A program made the position numbers and the translations under genes. 64,000 nucleotides of DNA from Mobula birostris (lineage: Eukaryota). The notes under the pieces are model-generated. The model made no database searches. It was not told the origin of the DNA and saw nothing but the letters and a program-made list of their open reading frames with translations. The stretch spans positions 56,588,777-56,652,776 of the forward strand of contig NC_092390.1 in the NCBI RefSeq assembly GCF_030028105.1, read 5' to 3'. This document shows, in pieces, positions 49,971 through 62,400 of the stretch. The stretch's first letter is position 1, and each line of letters begins with the position of its first letter.

Positions 49971-52620
49971 ATTATGTGTATTTCAAAGATGTCCTGGAAA
50001 AGGTTAGTGTGGGGAGGTAGAGAATAATAGTACAGACAAAAAGTTTAAGATGTTGCAAGGTGCAGGGCTGTGGTAGTGAGGAGAAAAGAACTGAGCCCTA
50101 TTTTAGTATAGATCATGAATTAAAGTTACTTGGTGCTGTAGAATTTGATGTTGAATCAAAAAAGCTGCAGTGTTCAGTTTGAAGATGAGGTAATATTCCT
50201 CGCTTGCAATAGACTTTGTTATAACAATGCAGGTGGCCAGAGTGAGATGAAGAGTTAAAGTGGTTAGGAACAGAAAGCTCAGGGGTAGCCCATGCATACT
50301 GAGTTCAGGTTCTCTGCAGAGTGATCTGCTTTTGGTTTCTCTGATTTAAAAAGTAGACCACCTGTGAACACGAAGTGCAGTATACAAGACTGGATGTGTA
50401 AGCAAATTGCTGCTTCACCCGCAAATCTGCAAAGACTGCTTTCCTGAACGGTGGACGGAGGAGAGATTGAGGGACATGTGTTTCATCTCCTACAGTTGCT
50501 TGGGTATGTGCCAGAAGAAATGGAGTAGTTGGTGGAAAATAATGGGGGAAGGAGTCACCAAAGAATGGTCCCTTCAAAATACTGAAGGGGCATGAGTGGG
50601 GAGAAAAAGATGTCTGGAGCTGGCAGAAGATACAAGGGAGAATCTGCTGAATACAAGTACTGGAGACACAGAATGCAAAAACTATACTTCAGGAAAGGGT
50701 GTGAGAGCAGAGGTGTAGGAAACAAATGGAAAGCATTCAAGGGTACTGACTGTTGAAATGGAGGGAGAGCCACTGTTTAGAAAGATGGAAGATATTTTAG
50801 AGGCATCCATATAGTACAGTGATTCCCAATCTGGGGTCCACGGACCCCTCAGTTAATGGTAGTGGTCCATGGCATAAAGAATGTTGGGAACCCCTGGTGT
50901 AGTAAGTCTCATCATTGGAGCAAATATAATGGAGATGGGGAAACTGGGAAAATGGAATGGAGACTTTACTGGAAGCAAGGGAGGAAGAAGCATTGTCAAG
51001 ATAGCTGGAAAATTCTGTTTTGTAACAGATGGTGTTTGCTGTGTATGCATGCAAAAAAAACTAATCTCAGGTGCATTTATGGTGACATATATGTAATAAA
51101 ATATGTACTTGCCTCCTTTGGTGGAAACACAGATCCTGTAAGAGAAGAGTCAGAGAGGGACCATGTGAAGCTGAGAGATGCTTGGAAATTTGCAGCAAAA
51201 CTGAAGGCATTTTTTGCATCTTAAGTGAAGGGAACAGAATCAATACAATTGTAGAAAGAGTGGAAAGAGAGAATCACATATCCCAAAAAGGTTGGATTTA
51301 ATTTGGGCCTTTTGTAAGTTCCCATAGTTAACGTTGATCTGGGATTTAAATAAAAGACTCCAGCATGACTATGAGCCACATGTAGAAGTTATTTCCTTTC
51401 CTTTTCACTGTCATGATTAACTTTTGAAGTCCTGGAGAACAGACAGCAATACTTTATTGAGATTGGCTTTGCAGGCTTGCCTGGTGCAACACTTAGAGCA
51501 GAGACATGGAGAAGAGCCAAGTTCTGGTGACTGGAATGGTTTTCGGATACAAATGAGTGTCGGGAGTTTTAGAACTAAGGTGCACCTAAATCCACAAATA
51601 AAGGATAAATGCAGCAAAGTCTTAGATGTGTTGTGCCAAAAGCCAGGTCTAGGAGAGTTGTACAAAAATTATTTCCATCAGTAAACAGAAGATGCATATT
51701 TCTGGTGTTGGAAATTGAGGGATAACTTTTTAGAGTGAATCGAATGTATATTTCAAAACTTAGAGATAATGGGTATTGAGCAAGGACTAATTGGTTGGCA
51801 TTCTCAGAGAGCTTGACTGTTAGTTCACTGTTATGAATTATACCCTTCTGCTCACAAAAGGTTAATGGCTGTGCCTTCTACAACAAAGCTCCACAGTAAC
51901 AAAAAACGTGTCGCATTTTGTGGGATTTCGATAGACCAACAACAAGTAGATATTAGAAGAGAAAAGTGATGCTCCCTGTCATTGGTCTGTCCTTGATTGA
52001 AGATGCTGATTAATGTTAAAGTCAATCAGGCATCTATTTATTGTTTACTCTTTAAATTAGATGATCACCCCAAATTAAATGTTTATGATTGAATTAAATG
52101 TCTATTTTTGTTATTCTCTCTGGTCCTGTACCTGTTTGTTAACACTATTCATGCAAATGTTATTGTTCTTGTTATGTTAAAGCAAAGGGAAAATTTAGAA
52201 TTTTGTGTTAGCATTTAAGCGATTGGAGCAAAGATGTTTCTGCGATGAAGCAATAATATGTTTCAATTACCTAGAGTTCTTTCTACTTCCTTTATCTTGT
52301 ATCTGTGACCTAAACTTGTCAGTATTTTTCAGCTATGCTGGCAAATTTGTTCTTGAATAAGGCATTTCATGCTTGCCGTTCATTTCGCAAAGCAGATTTC
52401 ATCTAATCATTTTGATAAAAAGTGGTCCAAATTGGAAATAAGCATCCATGTGCTAATTGAGAGCTCCTACTTAGTTTTGAATATTCATATTTTTCAGATT
52501 ATTTTAATGGTTTTATCCTGGAAAGTTACAGCTTCAAATCTGACATGAAGTAAAATGTGATTAGCCTTTGAAGTGAAATTTTAAAAAAATGGTAACTTTT
52601 CTAAATTTTAATTTTACCAG

Positions 52621-52786
52621 AGGTCTTTTCATTATTGATGTTAATGGAATTATCAAGCACATAGGCATCAATGATCTGCCTGTAGGTCGCAGTGCTGAAG
52701 AAACTCTGCGCTTAGTTAAGGCATTTCAATTTGTTGAAACCCATGGAGAAGTTTGCCCAGCAGAGTGGACCCCTAACTCTCCAACG
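52621..52786 (+). CDS. PRDX3: PRDX3 exon 6 (resolving Cys)
   Basis: [55 protein letters not shown]; 166 nt. Confidence 0.97.
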
Positions 52787-53747
52787 GTATGTAATATTGC
52801 ACTTAATTTAGCAGCTCAATAAATTAGTTGGGCTAAGCATTTGTGGAACAAGCAAACAATTTAGTTGTAAAGTAATTAACTTAAGTTTTGCATCACTTAC
52901 AGAAGTTATATTTTCCTACAGTTTCTTCAAATGTCAAGCAATTTAAAGCAATTCTTCAAGCAATTTAAAATTGTGCTAGCTAACTTCCTAACAAGTGGAT
53001 AGCTGTGATATCAATATAAACTCAAAAATGTTCTTGCTTTCAGTAAAACAAAAGCTAGATGCCTGTTAGGTCTGAGTTATAATCCTCTTAATGTGGTACC
53101 TTGCTTGTCCCTTTTCAAGTCCTGTTTTGAAAATAAAGGAGCAGTTTGAACTAAAATATGAATGAGCAATTCTATTGTGTGTAGAGTTGCTCTAGAAATT
53201 GGTAGCTCATAGCATTTTGATATGCATTCCCATTCACTGAGATTGTATATACAGTAAATGGGTTTAAAATAGCACTTGATTTGCTAAATCCTAATGATGC
53301 TCTGTAAGCAGACTTTCAAATTTAGGTGGTAATGGGTTTTCTGTGATTTCATAGTTTGGGGTACCATTCCCTGAAATTTTCAATTGCCTCAGAAGGTATT
53401 TGGCATCTTGCCTTGGCTTTCTGCCTGACATAGGCAACTTGGTGTGGAATGGGAGGTTGAAATTATATTTCCATCTGTTTGACTAAATCACTCTATTGTA
53501 CTATTAGTTTAACCTTCTGGTTTTTACTTCTCTCCCCAACCTGCAGTATTTCCCCATTATATAGATTTTAGTGAGAAGTTGCATTTTAATTTTAATTCCC
53601 AGACTAACATAGATGAAGCAGATTCAGTATATCGTAAGTGTCATTATTCATAAATTATTGTTAAACTTCTTGGATTATATTCATTCTATAATATTTTATT
53701 AAACCATAAAACATATTTGTCTGTTAATCCTTCCATTTGTTTTACAG

Positions 53748-53801
53748 ATCAAGCCTTCCCCAGAAGCTTCCAAAGAATATTTTTCTCAAGTCAATGAATA
53801 A
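53748..53801 (+). CDS. PRDX3: PRDX3 exon 7 (YF motif, stop)
   Basis: tttacag|IKPSPEASKEYFSQVNE*; CDS total 735 nt (244 aa plus stop). Confidence 0.95.
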   Translation: MKPSPEASKEYFSQVNE

Positions 53802-53956
53802 CATCTAATATCCATGCCTTTTATTGGTGTATTTTGTTGATGTTTGGACAGAATGACTACTTGGATGTGGAGGTTTTCTTTATCTGGGATAAGTTGTCCC
53901 GTAAGGTTAGAGTCAGCAATAGGCCTAATGTTTAACCATTGAATCTTATCATGTAA

Positions 53957-53962
53957 AATAAA
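53957..53962 (+). terminator. Candidate PRDX3 polyadenylation signal
   Basis: First AATAAA after the stop, followed by a GT/T-rich tract. Confidence 0.55.
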
Positions 53963-53997
53963 AACTATACTACTGAATGTTCCTTTGCTGTTTAATA

Positions 53998-54545
53998 CAG
54001 TATTGTGCAAATGTCTTAGGCACACGTATATAGCTAGGGTGTCTCAGAAGTTGCATAATACTGTAGTTGTCAATATGGAGCAGAGAGCAAGTTTGTAAGT
54101 CTGGCGGGAGCAAAGGATGTTGGGAATGGCAAGGGTGGAGCTCTCCGAAAACAGCGTGGGACGGGTGGCAGAGAAGGAGTGCCGGGGTGCAGGGTGGCAT
54201 GGATGCAGACACACCCAGCCCTGAGACACCAAGCAAAGTCATTTCATTCCAAACAATTGGTTTATTGCTCATTATGGAATGTCTCTCTGGTGCTTCCCAC
54301 TCCCTCCCCTCTTCCTTCCCCTTTTCCCAACCATGATTTCGTTCTCCCAGCCCTCTTTCTACTCTCAGTCCACAGTAGAGACTGGTATTAGAATCAGGTT
54401 TATCATCACATATGTCATAAAATTTGTTCTTGATTTTTGCCGCAGCAGTGTGCAGTGCAATACTTAAAATTAATACAATACTATGCAAAAGTCTTAGGCA
54501 TCCTGGCTATATATGTATGTGCCTAAGACTTTTGCACAGTACAAT
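53998..54545. mobile_element. Tc1-like MITE composite with palindromic units at both ends
   Basis: CAGTATTGTGCAAATGTCTTAGGCAC...GTGCCTAAGACTTTTGCACAGTAC; each end is itself a hairpin of about 70 bp. Confidence 0.65.
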
Positions 54546-57500
54546 ATGATGTTCATCTAAAGTAAACCAGAACAGAAATTCTGTACCAACTAATGAATCA
54601 CAAAATTAAACCAATGTTTTCTTTATACAAGAAAGTTTCAAATATAATCACCTAAATTGCATTTAATTCTGTAATTCTAAGTTATACCCGATACTCTAAA
54701 TAAAGGTACGAGTTCCTAAATTTATTGTCATCCAATTTTTTTCCAAGCCATTGCACTGCTGAGGCGCATCATGCAATTTTTCAAAAATGTAAACCAAGCC
54801 AAATTTTATTTGGTACTGAATGAATCGTTGGCAAGAATTCTACATAGTATTTGTGCATTATTGGTAATTAAAAGATTGTCATTTTGTGTTGTATCTGGTA
54901 TTACCAACCTAGATCTTCTCACAGGAAAATTCATTTGTTTACATGTCTTGTTAGAAGTTCTCTTCCAAGATTAAGTATATCTGCTAAAATGACTGGCTGT
55001 TTTTCCTCATAATTTAGGCAACAGTATTAACAAAGTAAAGGGGAATATTACTATGATTATATTACTAAAGGATGGGTTACTTTGAGATTTATCTCTGGTT
55101 CGACACCTCCAACCTGAGGAAACATTGATTCTGCATCTATCCTATTAATTCCTAAAAGAAGTGTGTAGATTTTGGAAGGGTCATCTCTAATTGTTTATCA
55201 AGACACTACAAGCCCAATGTCCTTAATTTTTCTTCATGACAAACGTGCCATCCCAACTTTCCCTTTTGCAAGCACATTCTTCCTTTGACAGGGAGATGAG
55301 CCCTGTTTGCAGTTTTCTGGATGTGGTCTTATCGGGTAAAACATTTCTTCTCTCATATTCAAATATTATGTTAATGACTTAGACCCTTTTAAAATCTTCT
55401 GGTTCTAATGAATGTCGATGTTTGCTTTCTTTACTGCTTGGAGACCAGTCCCTTGTCCAGTAATTTTAAGGTTTTTTTAGCTTTGATATCTAGTAAATAG
55501 ATATTAAGTATGTGGAACACATTTTTAATGTAAAGCTTCATATGTTACATTACTGATCACAAATCCATTACATTGAAATAAATCTTCACATGTGAACACT
55601 GACAAATTTAACAATTCCTTCCTTCATCGTAATGTACAAATCAAGTGACTTGAATTTAGCCCAGTCTTTCTCATTGATAAAATGATAGTGGTGACCAGAA
55701 TATCAATCCTTGTGAATAGCAGTAGGGGAAAACCAAGTTCTAACTTGATCTTATTAAGAATTTTCTGTATGCTTATCATTTTTTCCATCAGACCTAAATA
55801 AATCTATTTCTTTCAGTACTAATCTTGTACATTTAATTTCTCCTAAATAAGTATAATTCTCTGACATGGTCAGTCTGTTTGTAATGGATTTCTCAAGCTC
55901 TGCTTTCTTTTCCAAATGCAAACATAAAATAACACACAAACTCAAATTCTGCAGATGCTGGAAATCCAAAGCGCACACAAACTACTGGAGGAACTCAGTA
56001 GGTCAGGTAGCATCCATGGAAATGAATAAACAGTTGATGTTTTGGGTGGAGAGCCTTTTTCAGGGCTAGAGAGGAAGGGGGAAGGCGTTAGAATAAAAAG
56101 ATGGGGGAGGGGAAAGGGGATAGCTAAAAGGTGATAGGTGAAGTCAGGTGGGTACGAGAGGTGAAGGGCTGGAGAGGAAGGAATCTGATAGGAGAGGGTG
56201 TGGAGCATAGGAGAAAGGGAAGGAGGAGGGCACCGGTGGAGGGGATAGGTGAGAAGAGGTAAGAGGCCAAAGTTGGAAACAGAAGAGGGGAGAAGGGGGA
56301 ATTTTTTTTTAACTGGAAGCAGGAATGGATACTCATGCCATTGGTTTGGAGGCTATCCAGAAGGAATATAAGGTGTTGATCTGGCGCCCTAATGGTGGCC
56401 TCATTGTGGCACAAGAGGAGGCCATGGACCAACATGTCAGAATGGAAATGGGAATCAGAATTAAAATGCTTGGCCACCGAGAAGTCCACTTTTGCCATAT
56501 GGAGTGGGAGATGCTTGGCAAGGTGACCGACCAATTTACAATGGGCCTCACCAGTGTAGAGCGGGCTGCTTCGGGAAGATTGGATGACAATGAATGAGCC
56601 CAGCAGATTTGCAGGTAAAGTGTTGCCTCACCTGGAAGGACTGTTTATTCCCCTGAATAGAGGTAAATGGCTGTTGTAGCACTTAGACTGCAGGGATTAA
56701 GTGCTGGAAAGGACATTAGTGAGGGATGAATGGGCATGGAATCACAGAGTGCTGAAAGCAGAGAGTGGGGGGAAGTAAAGATATGTTTGGTAGTAGGATC
56801 TCTTTGAAGGTGGTGGAAGTTGCAGAGGCTCATGGGGACAAGATTAAGCTGGTGGGAAGATGGGGTGAGCATGGTTGTTCAGGAAATGGAGGGAATGTAG
56901 GTGTGGGCAGTGTCAATGGGGGAGGAAGAGAAATTGCTTTGAAGGAAGATATTTCTGATATCCTGGGAAGGAAAGCCACGTCTTGGGAACAGATGCGATG
57001 GAAACAATGGAGCTGAGAAAAGGGAATAGCATTTTTACAGGTGATGGGGTGTGAAGAGGAATAGCCAAGATAACCATGGGAATCGGTAGATTTATAAAAC
57101 GATGTTGGTCAACAGTTAAAATAACACAGTAGGCTGTAGAGCATCTGTGGGGAAAAAATCAAGGAGTTGACTCACCTTTCATCAGAGCTTGGAGATGTTG
57201 GCGATAACCAGGATCACTGAGTTTTTCCCATTACATTTACAGCACTTCTCTTGTCACACCTTCATCTCCTTCCCAGCAAAGGATAACATTGCCCTTATCA
57301 CCTTTACCACTCAGCCAATAAACTCAGTAGAGCGTCTTTTGCAATTTTTATGACTAACATGAGGATATGATGAAGCACACATTTCTTTCCCCTCTTGTTA
57401 TTCTGAACTAATTATTCCCTCCAGGGCATTCCATCTCCTCCAATAATCATCCCTTTCACATGGCACCAAGGCAGTAGCTTTAGTACCTGACAGAACTCAG

Positions 57501-59044
57501 CAGGTCAGGGAATTGATACATAGTTGATGTTTTGGGCTGACACCCGTCTTCAGGACTGAGAGGGAAGGGGGAAGATGCCAGAATAAAAAGGTGGGGGGGG
57601 GGAGGAGAAGGAGGTTAGCTGGAACGTGATAGATGAAGCCAGGTGGGTAGGAAAGGTCAATGGCTAGAGAAGAAGGAATTTAATAGGAAAGGAGAGTGGA
57701 CCATAGGAGAAAGGGAAGAAGAGGGGACCCATGAGGAACCTGTCCTTTCCTGCCTATAGCCCTTTCCTACTGTCTAGTTGCAATTTCCAGGTAAAACATC
57801 AATTTCAGATTATACCTAGCTGCTTACTGTGTGGTATTTACACTGAGAGACCAAACACTGATTACAGATATTATGCTAATGAATTTAGCTACAAAGCCAT
57901 TGAGTGTTAATATGTGAGTTTTCCATTTACAATTCAATTTTTCTGGGAAGATTCTACCAACGTACCTATAATATTTTTAATATATGAAATATTGCTGAAC
58001 AAAGTGTCTCTCTGATGCATAATCTACACGTAAATCACAAAATACTTGTACTGCTTTGTGGAAAGCTTCAGTGTTGCAATACGATCCCAACCTGATTGCC
58101 TATCAGTTTCGTTCTCTTTCTGACTCTTGTCTTGGCCTTTGCATTGTAATTTAGAAACATCTGTGGGAGTGGGGTAAAAGGGTGGGTTGGGGAGGTGGTG
58201 GTGTGTACAGAGAGTTTAAGTAGAAGATGAAAGGAGAATTCATAAAACTTATAAAATTCTTACTGGGCTTGACAGGCTGGGAGATTCTTTTTGCCAGATT
58301 TATGAATCACAAGTTTCAAAATAAGTGGTAGGATTTTCCCTTTTCCCTTAAGCACCACAAAGTTCAAAGTAAATTTATCATCAAAGTACATATATGTCAC
58401 CATATACAAATCCTGAGATTGATTTTCTTGCAGGCAATCACAGTAAATACAAGAAGTCCGATGCACTTTTGTAAAGAAGTGACCTGTATAAATGACATGC
58501 AAAACAATTTTTTTCACTACATTTCAGTACATGTGGCAATAATTGCCTTGCTAGTCTGTTTAAGACAGTATAGGGAAAAAAGTATTTTATTTTCTATCTT
58601 AGAGTTAATTGAAAGGAGGGGTTCATCAGTTTCTGTGGTAGAAGGTGACCTTTATCTTGCCGAGTGGCAGGATTGAAGATTCAGGAGGCCTACTGTACTT
58701 CTATTTCTTGTGTTGAACAAGTACCTTGCTTTTACATATGGACATGCTACAGCCTTCTGTGTCCAACTGTTTCAGGAAATGCAGCAAAAGAGCACTTCAG
58801 CCTTAGTTTTTGAACTTCTTTCCTGTGGTAATTTCAAGACTTGAAATTGTCCACTCTGTCAGGAAAAATGCGAATGAAGAAGCAGAGAGATCTAAATGTC
58901 CTAGGAAATATCTGCAAAGGATACAGCGAGTAATTCGGAAAGCTAAGAGAATGTTATTGTTAATGCTTGGAGTTGAATACCAAATTGGCAGGTTATGCTC
59001 TGTGGGCCATTCCTGAGGCCACATCAGGCGGGCAGTGTAAAGTC

Positions 59045-59416
59045 CATTCATTGGTTATGTGCCATATCATATGGCAGAGGCGATCATGGCCTTTTCAGTA
59101 CCGTGACTGCTCTTAGCAAATTTTTCTATAGAACTGGTTTGCATTTGCCTTCTGGGCAGTGTCTTTACAAGACAAGTGACCCCAGCCATTATCAATACTG
59201 TTCAGAAACTGTCTGCCTGGTGCTCGCATAACCAGGAATTGTGATATGCACCAGCTGCTCATACGACCATCCACCACCTGTTCCCGTGGCTTCACGTGAC
59301 CCTGATCGGGGGCTAAGTAGGTGCTACACCTTGCCCAAGGGTGACCTGCAGGCTAGAGGAGAAAAAGAGTGCTTTACACCTCTTTTGGTAGAGGCGTATC
59401 TCCACCCTGCCACCCA
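59045..59416 (-). mobile_element. 380-bp SINE-like family, copy 5
   Basis: Aligns with the other copies. Confidence 0.8.
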
Positions 59417-62400
59417 AAGCACAGTATTGGATGTAAATGTATTGGAAACAGTTTACAGGGATTTACTTGACTAATAGCTGAAATGGTCAGTTGTCCTTTA
59501 AGAAGAGGTTCAATGGGCTTTTATCGCCAACAACTTGAGGAATGAGAAGTGACTTAATTAAAGCAGAAGGTTCTGAAGTCTTGATGCAGAGACAAGTTTC
59601 TTCTAGGAGAATCGAGAGTTAAAGGTCACTTGTTTAAATATACAGGATTTAAGAAGATATGGCAAAATATTTTCTTAAAGGGAGTTGTTGGTCCTTGGAC
59701 CTCCCTTTCTTAAAGGCTGTTGGACTTGGAGTATTTCACTGTTTTAAAGGCTGAGTTGATAAAATTTTGATAGGTAAGAATGTGAAAGGTTACTGGGATT
59801 AAGTGAGAATATGGAATTGAGTTTGCATTCAGATCAGCCATGATTTGACTGAGTGGCCTTCCTTTTTCTGTCTTTCCCCAGCCTTTTCTCAGAATCAGAA
59901 TCAAGTTTATTGTCACTGACATACACTCTATTAATATTAAGTACACCTGTACATGTGCTCATTAACATAAATAGATAATCAGCTAATCATGTGGCAGCAA
60001 CTCAGTACAATAAAAGCATGCAGACATGGCCAAGAGGTTCAGTTGTTCAGACTAAACATCAGAATGGGGGAAGAATTATAAGTGACTTTGACCGTGTAAT
60101 TATTGCTAGTGCCAGGCAGGGTGGTTTGAGTATCTCAGAAACTGCTGATACCTTGGGATTTTCACACACCACAATCTCTTAAGAGTTTACTGAGAATGGT
60201 GTGAAAAACAAGAAAATGTCCAGTGAGTGGCAGTACTGAGGGTGCAAATGCCTTGTTGATGAGAGAGGTCAGAGGAGAATGGCCAGACTGCTTCAAGCTG
60301 ACAGTAACACAAATAGACACACGTTACAACAGTGGTGTGCAAAGACCATCTCTAAGCGGCCAACACATCAAACCTTAAAGTGGATGTGTTACAGCAGCAG
60401 AAGACCACGAACATACAGTCAGTGGCCACCTAAATTGGGAACACGGAGTGTATATCATGAAATGCAATGTTTTGTGGCAGCAGTACAGTGCAATACATAT
60501 ACAATTACTATAAGTTACAAAAAATATATAAAATATAAATGAACAGTGCAAAAAGAGAGCAAAATTGTGAGATAGTGTCCATGATTCATGGGCCATTGAG
60601 AAATCTGCTGGTGGAGGGGAAGAAGCTGTTCCTAAAATTTTGAGTGTGCATCCTTAGGCTCCTGTACCTCCTCCCTGATGCTAGTGAGAAGTTAGCATGT
60701 CATGGATGATGACAGTCCTTAATGATGGATGCTGTATTTTGAAGATATCCTTGATGTTGGGGAGGCTAGTGCCCATGATGGAGCTGGGTGAGTACACAAC
60801 CCTCTGCAGCTTTTCTTGAGAATTCCATAATGGACAGTGATGCAACCAGTGAGAGTGCTCTCAACAATATATCTGTTGAAATGTGTTGGAGTCTTTAGTG
60901 ATATACTAAGTCCCCTCAAACTTCAAAGTTCATAATATGTCACCATCAATAACCATGAAATTTATTTTCTTGTGGGTGTACTCAACAAATCCTATTGAAA
61001 TATTGCTGCTGGCGTGTATTTTTCTTGATTGCCTCAATATGTTGGGCCCAGGAAAAGATCATCTGAGGTACTGACGTCCAGGAACTTGAAGCTGCTCACT
61101 CTTTCCACTGCTGAGGCCTCCATGAGGATGGGTGTGTGTTCTCCTGATATCCCCTTCCTGGCATTGAGAACAAGGTTGTTGTAGGGGCACCACTCAATCA
61201 GCTGATCTACCTCACTCTTGTATGCCTCCTCATCTCCATATACAGTTCTACCAAAAACAGATCTGTCATTGGTGAATTTATAGTTTGCATTTGAACTGTG
61301 TCTGGGCACACAGTCATGGGTGTGGAGAGGGTAGAGCAGTGGGCTAACATGTATCCTTGAGGTGCACCTCGGTTGGTTGTCAGTGAAGAGGAGATGTAAT
61401 TTCTAATCTGCACTGATTGCAACGCCGACTGCAATTTGCAATCTATTGATTTTTTTTCTTGATCTGATGAAAGGACGTTGTCCTGAAATGGTTAGCTATG
61501 ATTTTCCACAAATGCTTCCCAACTTTCTGAGTATTTCCAGTGTTTTGTTTACATACTTAAAAAAATTTCTTAAGTACCTCATGTCGATCAGTATCTCACA
61601 CAACAATCTTTGATATTGCCTTTAAAGTAACTTCGCATGTGGCCTGCAGATGGAAGGATGATGGAATGGTGGAGCAGGTTCAATAGGCTGACTAGCCTGA
61701 TTCTGCTCATACCATTAGATCTTATAATGGTCCAATTAAGTTGCCCGGTTGTAGCCAAATTATGATCATCGGCTCTGATTAAAATTCTGGGTAAAAACTT
61801 CCAGAGGTAGTTTTCTTAGTTTTTTTTTAATATATTCTCTATATTACCAGCGACCTGGGCTCAATTCCTGCCGCTACCTGTAAGAACTTTGTAGGTTCTG
61901 ACCATGACTGCGTGGGTTCCTCTGGGCGCTCCAGTTTCCTCCCACAGTCTACAGGCATTCCGATTGGTAGGTTAATTGTTCATTGTAAATTGTCCCATCA
62001 TTAGGCTAGGGTTAAATAGGGAGTTGCTAGGTGGCACAGCCTGAAGGGCCGGAAGGTCCTACTCCACACTCAATACATAAATAAATAAAAATAGAATTAC
62101 TGAATCTAAGCCTGTCATGATGCTTGACATTCATCCTAATTCGAGTTTAGTTTGTAAAATAGCAATTAAACAATTAAATACACCCTCTTCTAATGTTATG
62201 CTGTGGCTCAATTTGTGTTTGCAGTGTATTTGAAAGTGAACTTGTTTTTGATTCATAACATATTATGACATTGACGATGCCCATATGCCCCTTGTCCTTG
62301 TGTAGACTCTGCAGGAGCTGTCTGTGTGCTCTTTCCCCTCCACTTGTATCTGTAATCCTAGACGGTTGCTATGTACCCTTCCTTTCACTATTTTGCACAT

